A DNA stretch of 64,000 bases, taken from NCBI GenBank assembly GCA_964106645.2, contig OZ067040.1. One strand, given 5' to 3'. The stretch is from Podarcis pityusensis. Taxonomy: Eukaryota. This document shows, in pieces, positions 1 to 11,760 of the stretch (within the stretch, counting starts at the first letter, position 1; each line of letters starts with the position of its first letter). Under the pieces are notes generated by a model. That model was not told the origin of the DNA and made no database searches. It was given only the letters and a program-made list of their open reading frames with translations. Both the position numbers and the translations under genes were made by a program.

Positions 1-1486
1 TAACGAAGGCGATCTGAATCTAGTTTCCAGCATTGTGGCAAGGATCTCCACAATCATAAATTCCTACAAGAACAGCAATCACACTTTACAGCTTATTTCA
101 AAAAGTACATAGTCATTCTGCTAACTAGCATCTAGCAAGTATAAATTCCAGGCTGCCAATGGAAAGCTCTCATCACTGACAGCCAGGGATGGTTAAAGAA
201 TTCAGTTGTGACATATTCCTATATGAACTGATCCATGTTTCTTAGAGTCATATGCAAACAGGAACTTTGCTATCCAGCTTTCCCCCAAATCATCTAATGC
301 AGTTCTCAGTTCAAAATACATCTTTAAAAAGACAGAGCAATTTATCCCTCATCCTAGTCTACCTCTTCCCACTCATCTTAGAAAGCAGTTATGTTTATAA
401 TAGGCAGTAGAGAGAATACTTTTGTAGATGAGTGTGGTGGCACTGAAAGGCTTCATTACTTTAAGTAGGAATCTATCCCCCAAATCCATAACTTTAACAA
501 TACTCAGGATAGATATGGGCACATTAGTTCATTTCTGGTTGGTGTCACTTTTGAACGTGTTCACTCATGATTACTGCATCTCATTTCTGCACTGATCTGT
601 ACTTTATAACCCCAACTATATGAAAATGCATGTTTACATTCGTATTTTTAAAGATTTCCCCCCTCTCAAAGCACATTCTAGGACAATTCAGAAAAAACCC
701 TGCAAATATGTACAAATATGTCTACAGTATTCAAACTCAGAATGTGAGGTTTTACACGCCCTCCTCCCAAAAGGAACAAAATGAAAATGCTACCGAACTG
801 ACAATTTTACAGTTAAAGTTATTAGTAGTGACAGTACAGCATCATGTGGAGATTTTGCTTATATGTGCAAATGAAACCTCACACAGTAATATCTGGAGAG
901 TGCTATAAAGCTTCATGATAATAAAAACAATTTGTATGTATTTGGGAAGCATGCAATGCACAATTTCCCTCTCCTTTTCTCTGAAAATGATTTAGTCAAC
1001 ATCACTAAATCTACTCTGTGTGTGAAAGGTGTATCCAACTTGTGTCTTGATTAAAAAAATAGAAGTATGGTGGTTGTACTCAAGTACTGTCAGAAGCTGA
1101 TCAGTGACTAAGCTGTTCAATTTGTGGAATAGGAAAAAGATCCACTGGGAAAATGTGACAAAGATTCAGATAGTAAATTTTAGCAACATGTGGAACTCGC
1201 ACTGGAATGTCAGTGTCTGTTGCAATTGTCACCATTCTCAAGAATATCAGCACAACTCTGGGTTTCAAGAGGACCCCACTTTAAAAAAAATAATGATTGT
1301 CAAGGTCAGCTGAGCACAAATGATGCCACACCTTCCAAAACTTTATTGACTCTGAAAGGTGAATCGTTTTAAATGGTTAAGCTAGTTTAAAACTCTTAAC
1401 AGAGCAATCCAACCAAAGTCAGTTTTGGGCACCTCACAATGAGAACAAGCTTGGCTGTTTCTCACTCACTATTGCTTTTTCTTTAG

Positions 1487-1488
<2 letters not shown>

Positions 1489-1528
<40 letters not shown>

Positions 1529-1833
1529 TTTTATTTATATCCCACCCTCCCCAGCCGAAGCCGGGCTCAGGGCGGCTAACAACAATAAAACAGTACAACA
1601 GTACAACACAACACAACACTCTAAAATCATTCATTATAAAATTGATTCAAATCAAGCCACTGGCAACCATTGGGCCAGAGCTCCGCGAAGATTGCCGAGA
1701 GAGGGAGTCAGGCTGTGCCCTGGCCAAAGGCCTGGTGGAACAGCTCTGTCTTGCAGGCCCTGCGGAAAGATGTCAAGTCTCGCAGGGCCCTAGTCTCTTG
1801 TGACAGAGTGTTCCACCAGATCGGAGCCACAGC
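1489..1833 (-). mobile_element. L2-clade LINE, 5'-truncated 3' end with (TTA)n tail
   Basis: The minus strand encodes WNTLSQETRALRDLTSFRRACKTELFHQAF*, typical of an L2 ORF2 C-terminus. A 3' UTR and a (TAA)n microsatellite at 1489-1526 follow. Confidence 0.75.
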
Positions 1834-1969
1834 CGCTAGTGTCGCTAGCAGTACATTTACCAATCTAAACTGGGGGAGACATAATCACTAGCCACTATAA
1901 ATCCAGCAAACCTGGATTTAACATGAAGTCAAAGCATACAATCAATGTAGACCTGCTTCAGTGGTGGGA

Positions 1970-2072
1970 CCCACTTTGGGTAATGACTTCATGTTGTCCA
2001 CATGGGGTCCACATTGTCCACATTGGGTAATGACTCAATACCCACTTTGTAAATGACTCCATGTTGTCCACA
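1970..2072. repeat. ~33-bp duplication separated by a patchwork insertion
   Basis: cccacttt...atgttgtccaca occurs at 1970-2002 and 2041-2072. The spacer is built from gtccacatt and ttgggtaatgact pieces of the same unit. Confidence 0.8.
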
Positions 2073-5000
2073 GCATCCACGTGTTTAATGGGTTGTCTGC
2101 ATTTTACACTTACATCTCAATACATATTAATTTTGTAGCACTCACATGTGATATGGTATACACATACAGGCTCTTATCAAAAGGACCTTCAAAGTGTTAG
2201 GGTTAAGTGGGGAGAGGGAGAGAGAGAGAGAGATGGCGAACAAGCCTGATCTTGACCCTCACCAGTGTTGTAGATCTATAGTGTATAGATGGAATATCTG
2301 CATAGTGCTGTTGTCCCATCCATTTCTGGCTACCAGATGAGCATGCCTATGTAATATGCCATACACATATGGGTCAAATTCATGCCGCATTTTTACACTG
2401 TGTCATTAAAAATAAAATATATTGGAAAGGTATGTCTTTCCAATATATTTTATTTTTAATGACACACACTGGAGTGGTCAACGGTGTCACTGGTTTCTTT
2501 CAATGTCATTATTTTAAAAGATTAAAAATGGCCAATGTTTTTCTTTTTAAAAAACACAGCCACCCTAAAACACACTCTTCTTTCCATCTGGTATACTTTT
2601 CACTATACATAATGTAAAGTTTGACTTCATTTTAAAAGCAACCAATGATTAATGAGAATAATAGTTCAACAACACTGACCAAATTTCAAAAGGACAGCCA
2701 AGCAATTGTATATTGACTTGTTGCGAAAAGTGAAGTGCAATCTGATTCTCTTTGTATTACTTAAATATTCCCAAAGCTTTCACATACTGACTAAAGACAG
2801 GATATAACTGGCTAGGCGAATTATTAAGCAACACATCTATACCTTGGGGAAATTTCTTTTCGTAGGATAGACTGGAAGTGCTAATTGAGTTTTATCCCCT
2901 AATAATAGGTAAAGCTAATAAGTCTGGAAAGGCTGCTGATTCCAAAGAGCTGTAAATTGGACAAGATGATATTTTTGACCTGCCAAACCTACACATGAAT
3001 ATCTTAGAAAATCAATACTGAAATGTCTGTCCTTTCAACTAAATTAATGGAGTCATCAATAAACCAACCATGACTGTCATAATGCAGCAGGATCTGGCAT
3101 AAAATCATAACATCTATGCAGCGACTGTTATGATAGGTCACTGAGGCATTAATGCAATTGCATCTCACTGCATCAGTTGCTATTCAGGGTAAAATTGGTT
3201 GCAGTTATGAAAATAGAGAACACAGAGTATTTAACATAATGTCAGAGAAGTTCAGTAAGTTTTGTTAATATTGGGCTTTTGACAGCTTGTGTACTCCGTG
3301 TTTAGCAGATAACGGGGATTCTCCATGTCTTCTTCTCAATGTTATTAAGTATGTTACCTGAATTTTACTATTTGCAGGTGCACTTTTATGAGTGGTGAAC
3401 ACCAAACCCCAGTGTGATAAGTACCCTTACACAACTGTTCCAAAACCTAAGAGAAAGTATAATGATCTACTATAAATGTATTCTGCTACAGCATAGCAAG
3501 TTTCTTTGAGAATCTAATGGGTTCATCCCAGGTTTCCTTTCACTTTCCTGCAGTACCATATTCCCAAGCCTGATGCAAGGAAGCAGATGCAAAAAGCAGA
3601 TGCAAGGAAAAATAAATCAAATACATATACTGGCAAGCAGTAATCAAATAATAAATTTTATTATTAGCTTATTACTATATCTGCAACCTGAATAATCAGT
3701 CTCAAAGAGCTGAGACATTCTGCCAGTATCCTTTGCCCTAACAGCTGGCCACTTGGATTGAACTGCATTTTGTAGTGCCTGACTTTGAATGGCTTTCCAA
3801 CAACCATGCTCTCTCTTACTCTTGTTGGTGCTCCAAAACCCACTCACCCATTTGAGGCGCTAATGCTGCACTCTGTGGAGCTTTAAACCTGACATGACCT
3901 AAGGGATGCTCTACTAATCCCAATTTAAATGTTCTACTCAATGTAAACTTTAACTGGGGTCCAAAGCAAGTAGTGTTTTAACAACAGCAGATCTGCAACA
4001 CTTTAAATCGTGCTTTAAAAACTATGGAGAGCTTTTCACCTGGCTGCTGAATCAGTATCTAATGCACACCCCTGCATTCATTTCCAAAAATACCTTCTTT
4101 TGGTAAGACCATACCTTAGAAATGCTGTATTCTTTAAAGAATTGGGCATCCGCATCTCTACAACAGGGGCACATATCATCACAAATCAAATTGCTTCAAA
4201 ATCTCTTAATTTGATCTTTTCACAAAGTACAGCTGTGCTTTGTGAGACACCGTATCACAGAATCCATCAGGATTTCTTATGAATGCACTGAGTAATTTTT
4301 GAGGGAGATAATATATCTGTTTATAGCCAAGGATTTCATACACTTGAGGGGTTATGCAAATGATCCTTGCCAAAGGAAAACGACCATTTGTAGAGGAGGA
4401 AGATGTGGCATGCTGACTACTATAGGGAGTGCTAAAGGACCATTAGGAAAGGGTTTTATTTGTAATAACTAGTATCTGTTTGTGTCCTTCAACAGCACTT
4501 CAAAAAATTGAACTACTGACACTCCTCATGGATGCTTTCCCCAATACTTCTGCCTTTACAAACTGCTAGGAAGTATTCCAAAAGTTACCCCACCACATAA
4601 TCACCTTTTTGAAACTGAGACACAGTATTTTCCATGAGAGACAACTGCAAATTCAGAGACTCAACATTATCCTTCCTGTTCTGTTGTGCTGTATAGACCT
4701 GGAAATATCTTTCTTCCTAAAATTTAGAAAGATTTTTATTTTTTTTTAGGTGAGAAATACCTTTACGGAATGCTTTAAAATAATTGCTATTCGTGCAGTT
4801 GGTCTTCTTTAGAAAAGAAATAATTAGATGCTGTTACAAGAGCCACTATTTCCTCAAGAGGCTAGAATGGCTTCAAGCAGTTAAAATATATGATTAAGTA
4901 GGATTCCCTCCCCTGCCCTACTAAAATGCTTATTATTTACCTTAGAGTCTCATTTCAATATACCTAGCAAAAAACTGCTCTCTGCTAGCACTTATTACTA

Positions 5001-5362
5001 AATAATCTCCCATAATATCAATCCTTACTCCAGCATGATGTTACCTGAGACAATGGAACAAAATCCAACTGTGCCTGGCTATTTTGCACCTTAGGCAAGG
5101 CTAAGTATTTGCACCTATTCCCCCCCCCCCCCCCAATTGCTAACTTCAATTTTCAAAAACACATGTCTTGTAGAAAAAAAATGAAAAGCCCCAAACTTGA
5201 AATTGCTAAATTTACTTTAAATTGCAGTAATAAGTAAGGCAATGTTTCTCAAATACAAAATAAATGTTTTAGCATGGGGATCATTTTGAATAATCTTGTG
5301 AATTGAAATGTTAAAAGTGCAAGTCTAATAAAAGTTTCAATATCAGGCACATCAAAATTTCA

Positions 5363-5521
5363 ACTAAGTTTGTTCTGGTTATAAGCTTTTGTGTGCATGC
5401 CCACTTCTTTAGATACACACGAAAGCTTATAGCCAGAACAAACTTAGTTGGTCTCGAAGGTGCTACTGGACAATTTTTTTTTTATTTTGACTGTGTCGGT
5501 CCAACACGGCTACCTACGTGA
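5363..5521 (+). mobile_element. Penelope-like element remnant (inverted plus direct pLTR pieces)
   Basis: 35-bp inverted arms at 5361-5395 and 5416-5450, followed by ggtctcgaaggtgctac...ccaacacggctacc. A 12-bp direct repeat atcaaaatttca flanks it at 5351-5362 and 5522-5533. Confidence 0.7.
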
Positions 5522-5669
5522 ATCAAAATTTCAGTTTGTGTGCCTTTTGCTTTGCAAATTTTATCACCAGTTCCTTCAGGTCAAGTCCTGATGCTTGGAG
5601 CTCAATATATATATAGTTGCCAAGTAAACTAGTCTCTTTTGCAACTTTGCTGAGTGTGTATACGTGTTT

Positions 5670-6535
5670 ATTGCGTGGACAGGTGGAGTCCCCAGATCCC
5701 GAGCGGTCCCCCCCATCATGTGGAATAACGACTCAAGACAACGTGCTATGGGATTAAATTGGCCACAACTTTATTAAATTTCAAATGTGGGTAGACCTTG
5801 GCTCAGGCATTTTGCGTTCTCCCTCCCCAGTCCCCAGCCGGGGACCTAGGGAGCATCAGGGTTATCCAGTGTGTGGGGGGGGGGGATGGGCCGGCTCTGG
5901 AGAACATATGTTCAAGCAGAGATAGCCGCCCCCGTTACACCATCACCGCAGGGGAGAGCAATGACGACCTTTCGGCGTACGGTCAAAGCCTCCCTTCAGA
6001 AACCCCTTTAACGGGGAACCCTGGTATCGCCGCCGCAAAGAGGAAGATGGACTAAAGGATTCCGCCCAAGGCCTGATACCGCCAAAGTTGTGACATTTTG
6101 CTACAGGAAAGGCGAAACCTGCCAATGCAGGGAAATTCCTTTCCGGCCCTTTAACAGTGACCTTAACGTAGCAGCGCCCGCATACCTGTGAAGAAAAGTT
6201 AACCTGCAAAACCTGTGAAGAAAAGTTAACCTGCAAAGAAGACATTAACTGAGGGTGGGTAGGGTGGGAGAAGCTCTGGAGCCAAGTGAGGATTCCCAGG
6301 TAAGATCCTCCCTCTATTGTGTGGGCAGGTAATCCCTCCCCTACCTGGCCTGGTCTCCTTGGCAACGCTTCCCCCAGGTGGGATTGGACAACTGACTGAG
6401 GTAGGCGGAGACCTCCAGGTATCCCACCTGAGGGAAGGCAAAGCCAAGCCTATGCTGATGGAGCCACTCCAGATCCAGGGGCTGCACGCGTCCACGCAAA
6501 GGGCGCCCCCTGTTTTAAGCGGGGAGCGGTCATTA
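5670..6535 (-). mobile_element. Non-coding interspersed element, long copy (candidate Ngaro/DIRS-type solo repeat; Helitron2/Helentron-like is the alternative)
   Basis: Both termini (TAATGACCGCTCC...CTGTCCACGCAAT) are shared with the copy at 15988-16244. CpG-rich, with AATAAA near the minus-strand 3' end and an internal ~26-bp tandem duplication at ~6185-6237. Confidence 0.75.
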
Positions 6536-7264
6536 GTTTGAGCTTTCTGAGGCCTGTGCATTAGGTGGCTGCCTAGTTGGCCTAATGACAGCACTGCTCC
6601 TGCAGCACCAGTCCAGCCACTACTCTATTTACCTGAAAAGCTGAGCTCCCTTTTGTCTCTGACACTCTGTTAATCGACATTATGTGTGCAGAAACCAAAA
6701 TGTTAAATAGCTGTTTATTTGTGTTACATTAGCCCACATTTGAGCTAAGCTTAATTGATAACTCTCCTATATGTATATTTTTAAGAGCAGCCTTGGACAC
6801 ACCAAGAGGGAGTGCAAGTGTTTCATGCTTTCTTGGTTTTGAACTTCCAAAGGGGAATTTACCTGGCTGGCCACTGTTGAATGTGAATGCTGGAGACTAG
6901 ATGCACTTTGGTCTAATCCAGGGTCGATTCTTAGGTTAAATTGCACTGTCAATGCATTGTACAATGGGGAACTCATTTAGGGGAGATATGTAAGCTGCAT
7001 GCACATCTTCCCTGTGAGGATTCTGCTTTGGAAAATACAGTGGCTGCATAAATAGTGGAAATGCAAGGCATTAATATATCCACTTATCTGTGTACCAAAC
7101 AACATCCAGAGCCAGAATATGTCTAAAGAAAGAAGAGAAAGCAGCATCTCAAGAATGTCACACAGAGCCAATTTCAAGGTGCTAACATCAGGCACTCCAA
7201 GTTAATCTAAGAAAGATGCTGAGTTACCACTGGATTCAAATAAAACAATATGTCATTCTGTCCT

Positions 7265-7540
7265 ATTTTATTTATTTCACAAAATTTTGTACACTGCTTG
7301 TTTTTTTTTTAAAAAGAAAAGACAACCTCAAAATAAAACAAGAAAATTATCACTAAGAAAAATTAACAGCAATAATTTAATTCTTCTCAAAAGTTAAAAT
7401 GACAATAAAACTCGCACCAACTTTATAAACATCTGGGTAGGCTTGTCTGAATAAGAATGTTTTTAGCAGGCACCAGAAAGAGTACACCGAAGGAGCTTGC
7501 AGGGGGTTCCAAAGTGTAGGTGCTGCCACACTAAAAGCTC
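7265..7540 (-). mobile_element. Old L2-like 3' remnant
   Basis: A tttatttatttc start and the aatgtttttagcaggcacc...gttccaaagtgtaggtgc pattern resemble the reverse complement of L2 3' ends. Heavily decayed. Confidence 0.45.
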
Positions 7541-7734
7541 AAACTATTACAATTGTGGAATGGGTATTATGTGGCACTGTTAACAGTGCAGGTTCTGTTG
7601 ATTGAAGTGTGTTCATGTTCTAAATTAGAATGGTGAATATAGCTTACTCATTCATTTGGATACTTCCTACTGATGTGGAATTGTCCCATCAGAAGCATCT
7701 CCCCTGTTGCTGGAGGTGCATGTAATTTGGACCC

Positions 7735-7801
7735 TTCTATTCTATTCTATTCTATTCTATTCTATTCTATTCTATTCTATTCTATTCTATTCTATTCTAT
7801 T
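7735..7801. repeat. (TTCTA)n microsatellite
   Basis: About 13 perfect pentamer units. Confidence 0.95.
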
Positions 7802-7819
7802 CCATCAAATGCCTGTCAT

Positions 7820-7886
7820 TTCTGATGTCTTTCTTCACGCTGATGAAAATTCCAAATTCTGATGTCTTTCTTCACGCTGTTGAAAA
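7820..7886. repeat. 37-bp-period tandem duplication
   Basis: ttctgatgtctttcttcacgctg occurs at 7820 and 7857. Confidence 0.85.
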
Positions 7887-7890
7887 CACT

Positions 7891-7959
7891 TGTGTGTGTG
7901 TGTGCGCGCGCGTACACACACACACACACACACACACAGCATATATATATATATACACA
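7891..7959. repeat. Compound (TG)n(CG)n(CA)n(TA)n microsatellite
   Basis: A long alternating purine-pyrimidine run. The TG and CA blocks are mutually complementary. Confidence 0.9.
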
Positions 7960-9080
7960 CCCTAGTTTCAAATAAATTCATTTCATTGCTGTTCTTTTTT
8001 CTCCTTTTTTTCTTTCCACTTACTAAGGGGGCATTTTGGTACCCATGGAACGACAATGATCCATTTTTTCCAGTCTCTCATTGTCTGCTCTGCTTCTGAA
8101 ACACACTTAGCCATATTCAACAGAACCACTCATGAACCTGAGTACTTGCTGAACTGGAAATTAAGAAAGAGACTTTCTAAGGTACTTAAATAGTGGGCTA
8201 ATGGCTCTGACGCTCATAAATCAGTATGAAGTAAGTGGAAAGCTATAGCTTCTCATTTGTACACTTGAATATGTATCTCTTTAGGAAGTTAAAATCAATG
8301 AGATTTGTCTTTCTACGTGCTTTTTATTTCAAAACATTTGTCGTGCATGTGTATGCAATGTGAACATTTCTCCACTAGGGGCTGCAGTGCTCTTCCAGGG
8401 ACAAAGCCACATATGTCCTGATCTGAAGCCAGAACTGCTTTTCCCTTCAACATACCCAAACAGAAGCAGCTTGGGACTAAGACCAGTGCACGGAGCACTA
8501 TCAATACAACCAATATGCATAGTTTATTTGTTTACTGGGTATGGAGGAAATATGTCTCATTCCTCGGTATTTCTGCTCCCAGAGCAGCTAACAAATCAGA
8601 AACAAACAATTAAACCACATATAAACAATAAAAAAACAGCAAAACAGTAAGAGCATAAAATCATAACAGCGAAATAAAACCAATTCAACCAGGATGCAGC
8701 AAACAAGGAAAGTGCTATGGGTCCCATTTACCTCCTATGTGGGTGGAAGCCTTTCACATTTTTGATCCAATTCTAATTCCAATCAAATACAGGTGTAAAC
8801 ATTTCTTCCCACAACCAAGCACCCCAAGAACTGCAATCAGTGAGGATCTTTCCCACTCTTGTCTTAATTAGTGATCTTGTTGTGCTGTTATGTGGTATTC
8901 GTTTTAGTTGACTGTATTTTGCATGTCAAAAACACCATTACTGCACTATTTGTTCCAGCACTAAAAAAAGACATGGGATTTGGCAGCTGGATTGCTTTCC
9001 TGAAAGCATTGTTCTGAAGGCAGCATGCCACAACCCAAAGGACCCTTTCCCTGGCTAGTACCTTCAACAGAGAACCTGTT

Positions 9081-10262
9081 GTGGTTCAACATCTACTTGG
9101 ATGTAGATGTGTGCAGGGGGTGCTCATCAAATTTGCAGACAACACCAAACTGGGATGGGTAGTCAATGCTGCTGAAGACAGAATCAAGCATTCAATATGA
9201 CCTTAACAGATTGGAGAAAAGGGCCAAAACTAACAGAATGAATGTCAATAGAAACAAATGTCAGGTGTTACACTGAGGCAGGAATAACCAGCTGCACAAA
9301 TATAAAATATAAGACACCTGACTTGCCAGTAGGAAATATGAAAAGTACCTAGGGGTCTTAGTAGACCACAAGCTTCAACAAGAGTTGACAAGAGTCAACA
9401 GTGTTCTGAGCAAGGGAAGTAATGGTACCGCTCTATTCTGCCACAATTTAACAAAGATATTGACAAGGTGGAACATGTGCAGAGGAGGGTGACCAAGATG
9501 ACAGAGGGTCTGGAAACCAAGCCTTATGAGGAACGGCTGGGGGAATTGAGTATGTTTAGCCTGGATAAGGAAGAATTGGTGCTCTTGAATCATGGTGCTG
9601 GAGGAGACTCTTGAGAGTCCCATGGACTGCAAGAAGATCAAACTTATCCATTCTGAAGGAAAGCAGCCCTGAGTGCTCACTGGAAGGACAGATCCTGAAG
9701 CTGAGCTCCAATACTTTGGCTACCTCATGAGAAGAGAAGACTCCCTGGAAAAGACCCTGATGTTGGGAAAGATGGAGGGCACAAGGATAAGGGGACGACA
9801 GAGGACGAGATGGTTGGACAGTGTTCTCAAAGCTACTAACATGAGTTTGACCAAACTGTGGGAGGCAGTGGAAGACAGGAGTGCCTGGTGTGCCCTCGTC
9901 CATGGGGTCACGAAGAGTTGGACACAACTAAACGACTAAATAACAACAGAGGACTGAGACAAGATATGATAGCCAACTTCAAATATCTAAATGGCTGTCA
10001 CAAGGGAAATGGAGCAGGCTTGTTTTCTCTTGCTCTGGAGAACCAATAGATTCAAGTTCCAAGAAAAGAGATTCCAACTAAACATCAGAAAGAACTTTCT
10101 GACAGTAAGAACTCTTTGACAGTGGAACAGACTCCCATGAGAGGTGGTAGACTTTCCTTCCTTGGAGGTTTTTAAGCAGAACTTAGATGGCCATTTGCCA
10201 TGTAGGATCTAATTGAGATTCCAGCATTGCAGGGGTTGAAATAGATGATCCTTAGGGTCTAT
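9081..10262 (+). mobile_element. CR1 LINE 3' fragment (decayed), interrupted by BovB
   Basis: ctcatcaaatttgcagacaacaccaaactggga (LIKFAD[D/N]TKLG), gaggaacggctgggggaattgag, and the CR1 3' motif cttggaggtttttaagcag...agatggccat. Confidence 0.88.
9570..9948 (+). mobile_element. BovB (RTE) LINE 3' end nested in CR1
   Basis: LQYFGYLMRREDSLEKTLMLGKMEG...RGRQRTRWLD, then catggggtcacgaagagttggacac and an (AAC)n-like tail. CR1 sequence resumes after it. Confidence 0.92.
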
Positions 10263-11379
10263 GAAAATGGCCTCTAAAATGGACTTAATGTGCAGGCTGG
10301 TTTGTGTGCAAAGAGGTGATCCCCAAAGGTATTTTATGTCACATTATATCTATGTGCAATAATTTTGATTTAGGGCTAAAGCAACAAATTAGGTGTAGAT
10401 ACTTTGAGATACTTTACTAGAAGTATTGATGATCTACCTCAGTATAAGTTAGCTTCATAAATATATGCTGTTAACATTCCCATCCTCTTCTAGCCTGGAC
10501 AGCATTTGAAACAGAAAGCTGAAAGTGAGCATTCAAATGTTTCCTCAATGTTATGTGGGACAACTCATCAATCATATTTGCTTATATTTTGGAAGAAGAT
10601 GGGAAACAGTCACATAAACGGATTTTTTACAGGCGTAAAAATGATTCAAAGTAGCTGTAAAATCATTTACTGATATCCAGCTACTTTTTGCAGTAGTTTG
10701 GCAGATTCTCTACATCAAGAACAAATTTGATTTAAGATTTGTAATAAGCACTTACATCAATAAATTATAACAGATTGGTGATTAGTGGTATTATTTATAT
10801 GCAATATTTTTGTACCTCTTATAATGCCGCTGTCTGCTTCACAGGGATTAATTATTTTCATAATTTTGTCTAAGTAGTAATATAGAAAATGTCAAAAAGA
10901 AAATTAGATTTTCACTTTCCAGGCACAGAAATTTAATTAAAGTCAACTCATAGTCAAAGGAGAACATTCTTCATCAGTTCTGAGATGTGGCAACGATGCC
11001 ATGCAAGAGACCAAAGCTCAAAAAGTAAGTCTAGGAATATTAATTGAAGGCTTACACGCCTATGCACATAGCCCAAATGGTCTCTGGAATTTGTCTACTG
11101 GAGACAAGTTATAACTAAAACCACCTGGTGATGGTTTTCCCAGCTGAACCCTATTCCTGCTTATGGAACCCTCTCACATACGAACCATTAGGAATTCTAA
11201 TAGAGGGAAGATTAGATGCCTTCATTTAAATAAATACATTTCCAGGAGCTCACCTTAACTTAGAAAATGGAGACGGTAATTTAACTGTACATAAAGACAC
11301 CTTCATTTAAAGCCAGCAAATTAAAGAAGGCAAATTAAAACCTGAGTCTGAATGGATGATTTTTTATGGTTGTGTATAT

Positions 11380-11760
11380 CATTTATTTAAGTATTAACAT
11401 CCCACTCTCCTGGTTAAAGCTTCTAAGCTTCTACAAAGTGGTTTACATAAAACATAACCAAACCAATATAAATACAACGTAAACAGTCATAAAACCATGT
11501 GAATTATTAAACACATTTAAAACATTAAATAAAATAGCAGCGTAAAAACATCCTGATTGAGACCAGTAAGGATAAAACACAGAACAATAGTATTTTTTAA
11601 AAAAACAGACGGGTGTCAGCAACTGAAAGCAGACTGAAAGACATAAGTTTTTAAGGCTCATTTAAAATGACATAAAGAGGGGGCCAAAGACCCATCCTAT
11701 GGGGATAAGTTCCATTAAGATGTGTCACCACTGAAATGTCCATGCCATTTTTTGCCCACC
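11380..11760 (-). mobile_element. Old L2-like 3' remnant
   Basis: Pattern of tttatttaa...cccactctcc, an A-rich UTR, and gttttta...ggggataagttcc. Decayed. Confidence 0.35.

Noticed and set aside
5798-6594. ORFs repeated at 15944-16281, suggesting a duplicated small gene
   Set aside because: The similarity comes from the repeat itself. Frames differ between copies because of a 1-nt indel.
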